Assembly: GCA_021801025.1 (NCBI GenBank)
Contig: JAJYYK010000015.1
Location: 26,606-50,605, forward strand
Direction: 5' to 3'
Source of the DNA: Pseudomonadota bacterium
GTDB lineage: Bacteria > Pseudomonadota > Gammaproteobacteria > Burkholderiales > Sulfuriferulaceae
Length of the DNA: 24,000 bases
A program made the translations under genes and the position numbers. Of this stretch, positions 8,242 through 17,121 are shown piece after piece; position 1 is the first letter of the stretch, and each line of letters begins with the position of its first letter. Under the pieces are notes generated by a model, which saw nothing but the letters and a program-made list of their open reading frames with translations, was not told where the DNA came from and searched no databases.

Positions 8242-11200
8242 TTAATTGACGCCCAAAGAAAAATCTACCCTGCTTGGGCTCAGGTGATCAGGATTGTCTG
8301 CTGACAGTTTGGAGGCGTCGATAAAAATGCGCTCGGAAGGGATGCCGCCGGTCTTGACCAATTCCGTTTTAACAGCAGTGGCCCGCCGGAAGGCAAGTTG
8401 GCGCAATTGGTCATCACTGATGGTGATGTGCGCAAGGATCAATGCCTCCATCTCCGTCACGGGGAGCGTTTTGATCATGCCAATAAAGTTGTGTGCCTTA
8501 TCAGGGATAGCGTCATCATGTTTATAGGCAGCGAACAGGTATTTGGGGTATTCGTCAGGAGCAACTGTGACGGTGTCTGCCGCCCGGTTTTCAGCTGCCA
8601 GTTGCTTGATTTTCTCGGCGCTTACCATGCGTGCCAATGCGCGTTGCCTGAGGCTTTGGCGATCGAGCACCGGATCGGCGTATCCGGTAATGTCCAGTTT
8701 CAGGTTCGGGCGGTTAATCAAAGCTTGTGCCAAGGCATGAAGCTGGGCAGTTGCCGTCGGGGGTAAGGCGGAACTGCCTGCCATAAAATCGAGATGGCTC
8801 ATGGTTGCGCTACTTGAAAAAAGGTTGGCAATCAAGCTAAATGGCGCGGTAACTACTTTCTCCAGCAAATGAACGATGGCTTTGAAGATGAGCCCACCCA
8901 TGCTGAAATCAGGATCATTTAAGGAGCCGGAAATAGGCAAATTGACGTCAATGTTGCCGTCACGGTCTTTCAACAGGGCGACAGCAAGCAGGACAGGTAG
9001 TTTGGTCGCGCTGGGACTGTCAACTTTTTTGCCGAAGGTTAATTGATTCAGAAACAGTTGATTTTCGGCGGTGAGCTTTTGGTCTTCGACGTGGTAGTGG
9101 ACATTGAAAGACATTTTGCCGCGTTCGATGCCGTAACCGGCGTATTTTTCAGCATAGGGTGCCAGCGGGGAAAGTTCAAAATCAGATAATTTCGCTAACA
9201 GATCAAGGTACAGGTTGTTCGATAATGGGTTGATTTGTCCATTGATGTTCAGCTGTCCCTGATCGTTGACTTGTCCCGTGAGCGCAATGTCCGCACGATT
9301 GCTGGTGTTGCTGTTTAAGTGGGTGATCGTGCCTGACAGATTGGTGACGTTGGCAGAATAATTGGGGTGGATAAAGTGGTCATTAAATTTGACATGGCCA
9401 TTTTTTAGCGTAATCCGCCCTATCTGTATCCATTTCCTGGCCGAATTAGCGGTGTCTGATGGATTGATTTGTGATTTGGCCAGGTGTGGCGCGGTCAATA
9501 TTGGCGTTTGGCCAGGTAAGGTGCCAGGAAGAACAGCCGTTGGCGTGACTTGAGGCTTGGCTTGAGATTTGAAAAGATGTTGTAAATTAAAAGTGCCATC
9601 TGGATCAATCATCAGGCGAGAATAAAAATTACTCAATACAATGATGGAGGTGTTGAGCCGGAAATAAGGGTAAGTTGATAATGTTAATGAATAAAACTTA
9701 AGATGATTCCATTTTAGCAAGTCTTTGGCGGTAATTCTGTCCAGTGAAGAAAAGTGATTCACCTGTACAGTGCCAGAATAATTTAATTTCAATGGAGCCG
9801 TTGAATCCAGCTTTAATTTCCCCTGCGCGGACACCGCCCCGCCAGTGAGGATGATGTTGCTGGATTGAGAAACGTAACTTTGTAAAGGTGCCAAGGCGAG
9901 GTTGCTGGCAGTCAGTTGCAGATTAAGTTTAAGCGGATTCAGGTTGATTTGGCCGTGGGCGAGCAAACGCCCTGCGTTACCAATATTGCTTTGCAGTTTA
10001 AGTTGGGCAGGTTGTTGGGTGCTGGAGAGCGGACTGATCTGTAACGCGATATTTTTGGCGGCGAGCGTGGGGATTTTCCCGTTGCCAGATGCAAAAAAAT
10101 TAACGGCATAGTGAGTCAGGTTAATTTGCTTGACCAGCCAATGCCACGGCATGCCGGAGCCAGATGGCACATGGGAATTGGATGGTTTTTTGGACATTGA
10201 ATGGGCAGCGGAATTTGACCGTGCATCAAATTTGCGCGTGCGGGCAGGTGAAGGTGAAGAAGAAGTGGCCAGCAATTGCATCACATTCATTTGCCCTGAT
10301 GCATCCTGTTTAAGATTAAGGGTGCCTGACTGGCTGGTGATGGTGTTTATAACCAAATTGCGTTGAGCAAGGTTAAATTGCCCGCCACCCAGTGCGAATT
10401 GTTTGAAATCCAGAAAATCATGGTGGTGACCAGCAAGACGCAGTTGTAATCCGTCAAATCTGCCCGTCGCGTCGTCAAGTTGTAACGATGGGCCTAATTT
10501 GTAACGGGCGGATGCATCCAAAGTGCCTGCACGAACATCAAAGCGTACAAAATGGGCGTAGTACGGCGCGTAATGCCGGATGGCCAGGTGTTCGAGATGG
10601 AAGTCTCCACCCGCCGTAAACGGTGACAGCGTGAACCAACCCTGGTCGCTCAGATGTTCCCCGCTGTCAGTCATCATCGTCCCGGTTACGGCAATGGGCT
10701 TGCCTGCTTCCGTGGTGACATGCTGGAATGTCAGGTTAATGGCTTGAATTTGGGTATGAAATGGTTGACGGGTAGACAGGTCGGTAAAATGAATGTCACT
10801 GTCTGCCAGTTTGACAGCGTTTGCCTGGACATGCCAGGGTGCCGATGGCGCGGCTTTGTCAGCAGGGCTTGACGGTAACAGCCGGGCAACATCCCATTCT
10901 CCATTGGGGTTACGTTGCAAGTTCAGGTGCGCATGGCTCAATTCAATCGAATTGAATGTGATGTATTGGCGCAAAAGATCCGATGAGGCGATATTGATAT
11001 GCATCTGCCCGAAAGACAGCAGGGGTTGCCCATGAGTCAGCGCAATGTTGTGAAGCGCAACCGTGCCGGACAATCGCACGCTGGGTATCTGTCTGGGCGG
11101 GTTGCTGAATGTGAGCGTAAGTTGGCTGTCTAACCGTCCGGTGTCGATCCTGAATTTTAGCGGCACAGGCAAATAGGTCACATAGTCCGGCAAATTCAGT

Positions 11201-11880
11201 CCCCTGGCTTCAAGCTGCAGGGTTGTGTCATGTGTGGACATGAAGGGTTTGGTTTCGGCCAGCAAGTGAAAAGGCGCGCCATTCAGTTGTGCGGATAAAT
11301 CGGGTTTGACATAAATGTTCGCATCGTTCGGCATGCTGGATAAAAAAGGCAGCGAAAATTGTAAATGAGTAATGGCCTGTCGGGCATGTTTCGGCTTGTC
11401 GTCAAAAATAATGGTGCCATCTTGCAACTGGATGTTGTTGAGCACATAACGCAATGGCGAGGCGGATGGTTTCATCATCAGGTCAATGATGTCACTGATG
11501 TTGTATTGCGAGTCGCTTTCGCGAACCAGATGAAAATAGGGATGTTTAACCAGAATTTCTTCAACTACCGGGGTTCGCGTCCACAGGGATGAGGCGTGCA
11601 GGTCGACATACAGCTCATTAACGCTGAACAGGGTGCCGGAGCGGTCGGGCGCCTGGACAGACAAATCCCTTAGGCGTAGCGAAAGTTTGAGGGGGTTGAA
11701 CTTCAGGGAATGTAAACTGACTGGCCGATGTAACTGTTGTTCCAGCGCGTGGACGAGAAAAGTTCGGCCGTAATAAGGTGCCAGTACGTAGGCACCAATC
11801 CCGATGCACAGCAATACAACGACACATCCAGCAAGGATCTTTTTGAGCCGATGTGCGAATGAGTGTGCCGTAAAGTTCAT
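8242..11880 (-). CDS. DUF748 domain-containing giant envelope protein (AsmA-like superfamily) with an OmpA-like C-terminal region
   Basis: About 1212 aa. One N-terminal TM helix (ILAGCVVVLLCIGIGAYVLAPYY). DUF748-type N-terminus (SLHSLKFNPLKLSLRLRDLSV...LFSVNELYVDLHASSLW). Long beta-rich body. The C-terminus carries LDITGYAD ... LRQLAFRRATAVKTELVKTGGIPSERIFI, resembling the OmpA_C peptidoglycan-binding motif. I chose the ATG at 11880 (MNFTAH...); the track start at 11889 is a TTG and remains possible. Confidence 0.8.
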   Translation of the reverse strand: MNFTAHSFAHRLKKILAGCVVVLLCIGIGAYVLAPYYGRTFLVHALEQQLHRPVSLHSLKFNPLKLSLRLRDLSVQAPDRSGTLFSVNELYVDLHASSLWTRTPVVEEILVKHPYFHLVRESDSQYNISDIIDLMMKPSASPLRYVLNNIQLQDGTIIFDDKPKHARQAITHLQFSLPFLSSMPNDANIYVKPDLSAQLNGAPFHLLAETKPFMSTHDTTLQLEARGLNLPDYVTYLPVPLKFRIDTGRLDSQLTLTFSNPPRQIPSVRLSGTVALHNIALTHGQPLLSFGQMHINIASSDLLRQYITFNSIELSHAHLNLQRNPNGEWDVARLLPSSPADKAAPSAPWHVQANAVKLADSDIHFTDLSTRQPFHTQIQAINLTFQHVTTEAGKPIAVTGTMMTDSGEHLSDQGWFTLSPFTAGGDFHLEHLAIRHYAPYYAHFVRFDVRAGTLDASARYKLGPSLQLDDATGRFDGLQLRLAGHHHDFLDFKQFALGGGQFNLAQRNLVINTITSQSGTLNLKQDASGQMNVMQLLATSSSPSPARTRKFDARSNSAAHSMSKKPSNSHVPSGSGMPWHWLVKQINLTHYAVNFFASGNGKIPTLAAKNIALQISPLSSTQQPAQLKLQSNIGNAGRLLAHGQINLNPLKLNLQLTASNLALAPLQSYVSQSSNIILTGGAVSAQGKLKLDSTAPLKLNYSGTVQVNHFSSLDRITAKDLLKWNHLKFYSLTLSTYPYFRLNTSIIVLSNFYSRLMIDPDGTFNLQHLFKSQAKPQVTPTAVLPGTLPGQTPILTAPHLAKSQINPSDTANSARKWIQIGRITLKNGHVKFNDHFIHPNYSANVTNLSGTITHLNSNTSNRADIALTGQVNDQGQLNINGQINPLSNNLYLDLLAKLSDFELSPLAPYAEKYAGYGIERGKMSFNVHYHVEDQKLTAENQLFLNQLTFGKKVDSPSATKLPVLLAVALLKDRDGNIDVNLPISGSLNDPDFSMGGLIFKAIVHLLEKVVTAPFSLIANLFSSSATMSHLDFMAGSSALPPTATAQLHALAQALINRPNLKLDITGYADPVLDRQSLRQRALARMVSAEKIKQLAAENRAADTVTVAPDEYPKYLFAAYKHDDAIPDKAHNFIGMIKTLPVTEMEALILAHITISDDQLRQLAFRRATAVKTELVKTGGIPSERIFIDASKLSADNPDHLSPSRVDFSLGVN

Positions 11881-12079
11881 TTTCAGCAATCCGGGACGCG
11901 GATCAAACCTTCGTTACTGGTAATCATAACATTTTTGCGTGGAGTTGAATTTTTTTTTTGACAAAATGTCTGGCTGCGGCGGTTTAAAAGAAGCACGGTA
12001 TTTTGTGACAAGACCTCGCTGTCAATTTGCGTTACAATTTGCGCTTTAAATCTTAATTCAGAAATTCTGGAGCAAAATA

Positions 12080-13012
12080 ATGTCGATGGCAGACCGTGAT
12101 GGTGTGATTTGGTACGATGGTGAGATGGTACCCTGGCGTGAGGCCAAAACTCATGTGTTGACGCACACGCTGCATTATGGGATGGGGGTATTTGAGGGCG
12201 TTCGTGCTTATCGTGCCGAACAGGGCACGGCGATTTTTCGCTTGCAGGATCACACCGACAGACTGTTTCAGTCTGCGCATATTCTGGGTATGAAAATGCC
12301 TTATGACAAAGCCACTATTTCAGCCGCACAGAAAGCCGTGGTGGCGCAGAATAATCTGGAGTCCGCCTATATCCGGCCAATGGCATTCTATGGCGCTGAA
12401 GCGATGGGTATTTCAGCCAAAACCTTGTCTACCCATGTGGTGGTCGCTGCGTGGAGTTGGGGTGCTTATATGGGTGCGGAAGCGCTGGAACGTGGCATAC
12501 GCGTGAAAACATCTTCGTTTTCCCGTCACCATGTCAATGTCACCATGTGTAAAGCCAAGGCCAACGGCAACTACATGAACTCAATTCTGGCGCATCAGGA
12601 AGCCGCGCAAGACGGTTATGAAGAAGCGCTATTGCTTGATGTGGAGGGTTTTGTCTCTGAGGGATCTGGCGAGAATGTGTTTATCGTGCGTCGCGGTAAA
12701 TTAATTACCCCGGATTTGACCAGCGCACTGGAAGGGATCACCCGGGATAGCATCATCACCCTGGCGGAAGAATTGGGCTTGAGCGTGGTGGAAAAACGCA
12801 TCACCCGTGATGAAGTCTACAGCGCAGATGAAGCCTTTTTTACCGGCACGGCTGCTGAAGTGACACCCATCCGCGAGTTGGATAACCGGATGATCGGTAA
12901 TGGCGAACGTGGTCCCATTACGGAAAAATTACAAGCCTTGTATTTTGACTGTGTGCATGGACGACATCCCGCGCACAAAAACTGGTTGAGTGATATTCGG
13001 GAGGGCCTATGA
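12080..13012 (+). CDS. ilvE: Branched-chain amino acid aminotransferase
   Basis: 310 aa. GVIWYDGEMVPWREAKTHVLTHTLHYGMGVFEGVRAY and ...EGSGENVFIV...FFTGTAAEVTPI are classic class IV aminotransferase (IlvE) motifs. SD TGGAG lies upstream of the ATG. Confidence 0.95.
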   Translation: MSMADRDGVIWYDGEMVPWREAKTHVLTHTLHYGMGVFEGVRAYRAEQGTAIFRLQDHTDRLFQSAHILGMKMPYDKATISAAQKAVVAQNNLESAYIRPMAFYGAEAMGISAKTLSTHVVVAAWSWGAYMGAEALERGIRVKTSSFSRHHVNVTMCKAKANGNYMNSILAHQEAAQDGYEEALLLDVEGFVSEGSGENVFIVRRGKLITPDLTSALEGITRDSIITLAEELGLSVVEKRITRDEVYSADEAFFTGTAAEVTPIRELDNRMIGNGERGPITEKLQALYFDCVHGRHPAHKNWLSDIREGL

Positions 13013-13212
13013 GCCAGACTGCGCCAGCTGGCGCAATGCCCCCAGTGGAAGTTCATGCGGCAGATTTGCCGCTGCATTGCCCCACACCAGCGATGGCGGC
13101 ATGGAGCTCCCATCCACGGGTGTTTCTCGACGTCACCAAAACGGGGCAAGCACAATGCCCATACTGCGGTACGGTGTTCAAGTTTGTGGGCGAATTGCCG
13201 CACGGACATTGA
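13009..13212 (+). CDS. Small zinc-finger domain protein (COG4391-like)
   Basis: 67 aa. Its start overlaps the ilvE stop (ATGA). It has a C...C...CPYCG cysteine arrangement (LHCPTP ... AQCPYCGTVFKF). I recall this small protein being commonly found after ilvE in betaproteobacteria. Confidence 0.7.
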   Translation: MSQTAPAGAMPPVEVHAADLPLHCPTPAMAAWSSHPRVFLDVTKTGQAQCPYCGTVFKFVGELPHGH

Positions 13213-13259
13213 ATGGATTTTAGAGGTGTACAGGCTTATTGCTTGTGCCGGGTGGCGAA

Positions 13260-14342
13260 TTAGCGCGTATTGCTGGTAGGGAACTTGACCCGATCTGGCT
13301 GTTCATTTAGCCGTGCAAGCATGGTCTTGATCATCTCCGTTTTGATCCGGCCAGTTTGTTTTGGGTGTACCAGATAGCGCACAACAGCTTCTATCCATGT
13401 GTTCTCGTGTGCGCGAAAGAACACAATCGGTTCCTCGTGGACGTTCAGTTCGTCGACGGGCGTTTTGGCGAGTAATTTTCGGTAAATGGATACCTGTTGA
13501 CGCATCTGGTCGCCGATTTTTTCTCTCGCTACATCGGTCATGATCTGTGCCACCAATTCCAGATCGCTTTCGTAGGCGATGTAAAATTTGATTTCGTTCC
13601 AAATGTAGGGAAACAGCGGCCATGAATAGTTGAATACAGGCGTATTCAATACGAGCGAATTGGGGAACCGGATTGTTCTCCCGCTGGGATGGTCGGACGA
13701 AAGGTATTCACCACCAAATTCCCAAAGGGTGGTGTCAAAATAACCCACCTCGATCACATCGCCCGCGCATTCTCCGATTTTTATCCGGTCTCCAATCTGG
13801 TAAGGGTGCTGTATCAGAATGTAGAACCAGGCGTAAAGATTGCTAAGCGGTGCCTGTAGCGCAAGTCCAAGTATGATGGAAAGTATGCCGACTGAAATGA
13901 GGCCGGTCGTCCAGTCAACCAGCAATGTTGAAAAGACAATGATGGTTAGCAGGAGCAGGATAAAAAAATGAACCAGGCGTTTCAAATTGTACCGGGATAC
14001 ATCATCTTCCACCCGGCTGATCAGGTATATTCGGGCGAGTTTTTCTGCCAGCAGAAGCATCGCGGCCAGTAAACCGCCCAAAAGAGGGCGTTGCAGGAAT
14101 GGCGCCGAGAATTCGGTAACGGGGATGAGCTGGCATTTCAATGTGAGATAACTTGCTCCCAGCACGACAATCAATGCAACATAAATCAACAAGCCGACAG
14201 TGATGCCTCTGGTTGCGGTCTTTGACTCCCTGGCCTCTTTGGGAACAGCGATCTGTTTAAGCGAGCGCTGGATCGCCTGTTGGTCTGCCAATTTTTGTTC
14301 GCGAGACGACTGGTTTTTCGTTTTGGACCGGGTGTCATTCAT
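13260..14342 (-). CDS. Mechanosensitive ion channel family protein (MscS-like)
   Basis: 360 aa. Several TM helices are followed by the MscS beta-domain motif (PYQIGDRIKIGECAGDVIEVGYFDTTLWEFGG...IRFPNS). Confidence 0.8.
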   Translation of the reverse strand: MNDTRSKTKNQSSREQKLADQQAIQRSLKQIAVPKEARESKTATRGITVGLLIYVALIVVLGASYLTLKCQLIPVTEFSAPFLQRPLLGGLLAAMLLLAEKLARIYLISRVEDDVSRYNLKRLVHFFILLLLTIIVFSTLLVDWTTGLISVGILSIILGLALQAPLSNLYAWFYILIQHPYQIGDRIKIGECAGDVIEVGYFDTTLWEFGGEYLSSDHPSGRTIRFPNSLVLNTPVFNYSWPLFPYIWNEIKFYIAYESDLELVAQIMTDVAREKIGDQMRQQVSIYRKLLAKTPVDELNVHEEPIVFFRAHENTWIEAVVRYLVHPKQTGRIKTEMIKTMLARLNEQPDRVKFPTSNTR

Positions 14343-14482
14343 TGTTGTGCGCTCTGGAAAAGGGAGGACAGCCTGAATCGCATTTTGAGGCAGGAGCAGG
14401 GAAAATATGCGGGTAACTTTTCATGCTGCCATCAGAAAAACAAGCACATTGTGCAGTGTAATGCATTCAGGCCGTTTTTGAA

Positions 14483-15079
14483 TCAGGTGCCTGTCCAGTA
14501 ACGCTGGCGACCTACATCCACATGGACGAAATCGGATTGGGCATAATAACCGACGCCACCACCGCGCATCGCCATGGCAACTTCATGCAATTCTCTTAAA
14601 TCATGCCCGGGAATCCGGATGTCTGCGGCCATGCCCTCCATGTGCAAACTGTGCTTCGCCACCCCGTTGCTGTGCGCGTGCAACATTGAGTTGGTGGCGG
14701 GAGACCGGTAACCCGAAATAAGCTGGATTGGCTTTGAAGTGCCCAGACGCAAAGTAATCGCATGCAGCAGGTTTAACAGGCCAAGGTCGATCTGTTTGAT
14801 TTCGCCATTGCGATAATCGCGCAACAGATGATTGATTTCGGACAGGGATTCCGCAATGTATTCGCCTTCCACCCAATAGGCAACTTTCAGGTTTTCCCCA
14901 GTGTGCAGGTTATAAAAAGACAATGTGCGTTCGGGTGTAATGATTGCGGATTCCGCGAAAACTGATCGGGATCTGATGCTGGCCGCTGTCACCAACGCCC
15001 CGGCACTCATGGCGAGGAAACGGCGACGGGTACTGGAATGGGTACTGCCAATTGGTTTTTTAAAGTGTTTTAACAACAT
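14483..15079 (-). CDS. DUF882 / peptidase M15A family protein (YcbK/MepK-like), Tat-exported
   Basis: Trimmed to the ATG at 15077-15079, which is preceded by AGGAG (complement of 15086-15090). Twin-arginine signal STRRRFLAMSAGALVTAASIRSRSVFA. Zn-ligand contexts SGYRSPATN, SLHMEGMAADIRI, DFVHVD. Confidence 0.8.
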   Translation of the reverse strand: MLLKHFKKPIGSTHSSTRRRFLAMSAGALVTAASIRSRSVFAESAIITPERTLSFYNLHTGENLKVAYWVEGEYIAESLSEINHLLRDYRNGEIKQIDLGLLNLLHAITLRLGTSKPIQLISGYRSPATNSMLHAHSNGVAKHSLHMEGMAADIRIPGHDLRELHEVAMAMRGGGVGYYAQSDFVHVDVGRQRYWTGT

Positions 15080-15186
15080 GAGTTTCTCCTTACCCCGCCA
15101 TGGAAGGCGAGGTCTGAAAAGTGCAGCCAGGGAGAAGTGTACACCTAATTCCTGACAAAACACCCATCCGTCCGAAACCGGGAACC

Positions 15187-16116
15187 CTATAGCGTGCCGG
15201 CTTGCAGGTTGATTTGTCTCGCAATCCCCGTTTGTTGATGAATGGCCTGCGTCACTTTACCCCAGTCTATGCGGTTGGTCAGGTGGTTCGCTTCCGCCAG
15301 TTCGTTCAGCATGGGGAGCGCATTGATGCCTTTGTTGTAGATGTCCCGATCAATCTCAAGATAGATGCGTCCGTCATTCAGTAGCGCGAGCAGCACCGGC
15401 GTATAAATAATCTTGCCGGGTTCTCCGATTTTGATCTGTGGAAACAGTTTTTCAATATTTTCAGGCTGAAGCCGGATGCACCCGTGGCTCTGGAAATGAT
15501 AGACACTTGATGGCGCGTTGGTGCCGTGTATACCATAACCGGGAATGCTGAGTCCCATCCAGTATTTACCCAAAGGATCATCAGGGCCCGGCGGCACTTT
15601 TGTCAGCACCGTTTCACCCCTCTTGCGCATCTCTGCCTGGATGGAAATGGGCACCAGCCATGGCGGGTTTTTTTGCAGTTGTACTACACTGAATTGCCCA
15701 TCCGGTGTCGGCCATGTGGGCATTCCGAGTCCTACCGGGTAAGCGCCTGCCAATGTCCCGTCGCGAAAGAAAAACAGCATCCGCTGCGGCAGGTTAATGA
15801 GTATCCCGTCTCCCGGGGATTCAGGCACGACATGACGGTTATCGATCGTTAACCGTTGTCCCAGGTGAAGTCGCTTGTTGTAGCCAATCCCGTTGCTTTG
15901 TGCAATCAGCAGGGCCGGTTCGCCAAATCGCGCAGCGAGGCTGATGAGAAAATCGCCTGGTTTGACCACGTATTCAAACTGTTCCCCCACTACCGCATGT
16001 GAAAGTGGGGTTTCAGCGCGTGCGAAATCTATGCCTGCCCAGACAGGCAATGTGACAAGGAATAGAAAAAAGCTATGCCTCACCCAAAGAAAGAATCGGA
16101 ACAGGTCATTCAGCAT
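15187..16116 (-). CDS. L,D-transpeptidase family protein with a LysM domain
   Basis: 309 aa with a signal peptide. LysM-like YVVKPGDFLISLAARFGEPALLIAQSNGI...LHLGQRLTI. YkuD catalytic motif GYGIHGTNAPSSVYHFQSHGCIRL. Confidence 0.85.
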   Translation of the reverse strand: MLNDLFRFFLWVRHSFFLFLVTLPVWAGIDFARAETPLSHAVVGEQFEYVVKPGDFLISLAARFGEPALLIAQSNGIGYNKRLHLGQRLTIDNRHVVPESPGDGILINLPQRMLFFFRDGTLAGAYPVGLGMPTWPTPDGQFSVVQLQKNPPWLVPISIQAEMRKRGETVLTKVPPGPDDPLGKYWMGLSIPGYGIHGTNAPSSVYHFQSHGCIRLQPENIEKLFPQIKIGEPGKIIYTPVLLALLNDGRIYLEIDRDIYNKGINALPMLNELAEANHLTNRIDWGKVTQAIHQQTGIARQINLQAGTL

Positions 16117-16158
16117 GCGGGTTCACGGATTTATGCCTCTTCTTTTCCCGTGACACGC

Positions 16159-16419
16159 TCATTCGGCTAAAGCCAAATTAGCTAATATTTCAGCGATTTT
16201 GGTGTCGATCTCTTTTTCTGCCGCAAGCCAATCCGCGACATCATCTCCTTCATGGGATGATTTCCTGTTCTGGGCGCGATAATGCGCAGCTTCGGCAATC
16301 ATTCTATGACGTTCATCGTGTGTGATGGCATTTTTCAGGTGACTTTGCTGTGCGGAATTTTCAACAATTTTTTTGCGCGTCACCCGTTTTCCCTGCGGTA
16401 ATGTATTTGCTTTCTCCAT
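16159..16419 (-). CDS. DUF2934 domain-containing small protein
   Basis: Start moved to the ATG at 16417-16419, which is preceded by AAGGAG; the track start at 16443 is a TTG. HDERHRMIAEAAHYRAQNRKSSHEGDDVADWLAAEKEI matches the DUF2934 pattern (AYxxAexRG...DxxDWxxAExEl). Confidence 0.6.
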   Translation of the reverse strand: MEKANTLPQGKRVTRKKIVENSAQQSHLKNAITHDERHRMIAEAAHYRAQNRKSSHEGDDVADWLAAEKEIDTKIAEILANLALAE

Positions 16420-16653
16420 TTTAATCTCCTTGATTGATTTCAATGTTGTTCACTGATGGCCTTCGCATCCAACGGGACTTCCAGGCTGGATCTTTTCCGA
16501 TTCTACACTCAAGCGATGGCACAAAATACGACGTCGGTTAAAACAATTACTGAAGCGCGGTTTATCGCATACCTCAAACAATGCTAACATAAACCTGTGG
16601 TAATTCTACTGCATTTGCAGAGGTGTCTGTTCCACTTCACGGGAAATAAAATT

Positions 16654-17040
16654 ATGCGCTTACTTCATACGATGCTTCGAACTGGCCATCTCGAACAATC
16701 CATTGATTTCTATACCAACACGCTTGGCATGAAACTCCTTCGCCGGAAAGATTATCCGGAAGGGAAATTCACCCTGGCATTCGTGGGCTACGGAGATGAA
16801 TCCGAAAATACAGCCATTGAACTCACCTACAATTGGGGGGTGGAAAAGTATGACCTGGGTACAGGCTTTGGACATATCGCCATTGAAGTGGATGATGTGT
16901 ACGCGACTTGCGAGGCAATCAAACAACGTGGCGGAACGGTGATGCGTGAAGCGGGGCCAATGATGCACGGCACCACAGTGATCGCATTTATACGTGATCC
17001 AGACGGCTATCCAATTGAATTGATCGGCAAGAAGCAATAG
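16654..17040 (+). CDS. gloA: Lactoylglutathione lyase (glyoxalase I)
   Basis: Trimmed to the ATG at 16654. [49 protein letters not shown]...ELTYNWG...[11 protein letters not shown]...GYPIELI is near-canonical GloA. Confidence 0.9.
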   Translation: MRLLHTMLRTGHLEQSIDFYTNTLGMKLLRRKDYPEGKFTLAFVGYGDESENTAIELTYNWGVEKYDLGTGFGHIAIEVDDVYATCEAIKQRGGTVMREAGPMMHGTTVIAFIRDPDGYPIELIGKKQ

Positions 17041-17046
17041 CGGTCT

Positions 17047-17088
17047 GTTGAACCCCGGTTCAACCGTCTATCCGGCCCGAAGTTCGGG
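17047..17088. terminator. Two short hairpins between the convergent gloA and purU genes (possible bidirectional terminator)
   Basis: GTTGAAC-cccg-GTTCAAC (17047-17064) and CCCG-aagtt-CGGG (17076-17088). No clear U-tract on either side, so the call is weak. Confidence 0.3.
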
Positions 17089-17121
17089 GGGGCTCAGATT
17101 ATGATACCTCGTGTGACACGC

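Noticed and set aside
16514-16530. Sigma-54-like TGGCAC motif in the DUF2934/gloA intergenic region. Further TGGCAC hits lie inside nrdA at about 18599 and 19667.
   Set aside because: None has the required TTGC element 5 nt downstream, and two of the hits are intragenic.
16597-16653. Upstream GTG start for gloA (147-aa version). Likewise the GTG start at 18027 for purU, the upstream ATG at 15163 for the DUF882 gene, and TTG starts at 16443 and 1821.
   Set aside because: The extensions lack homology to the respective families. The internal ATGs reproduce canonical N-termini: MRLLHTMLR for GloA, the ACT-domain start for PurU, and a Tat signal preceded by AGGAG for DUF882.
16660-17037. 125-aa ORF antisense to gloA, and a 130-aa ORF (12817..13209) antisense to the ilvE/Zn-finger genes
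   Set aside because: The sense-strand genes have strong family motifs. The antisense translations are low-complexity or Cys/His/Arg-rich with no motifs.
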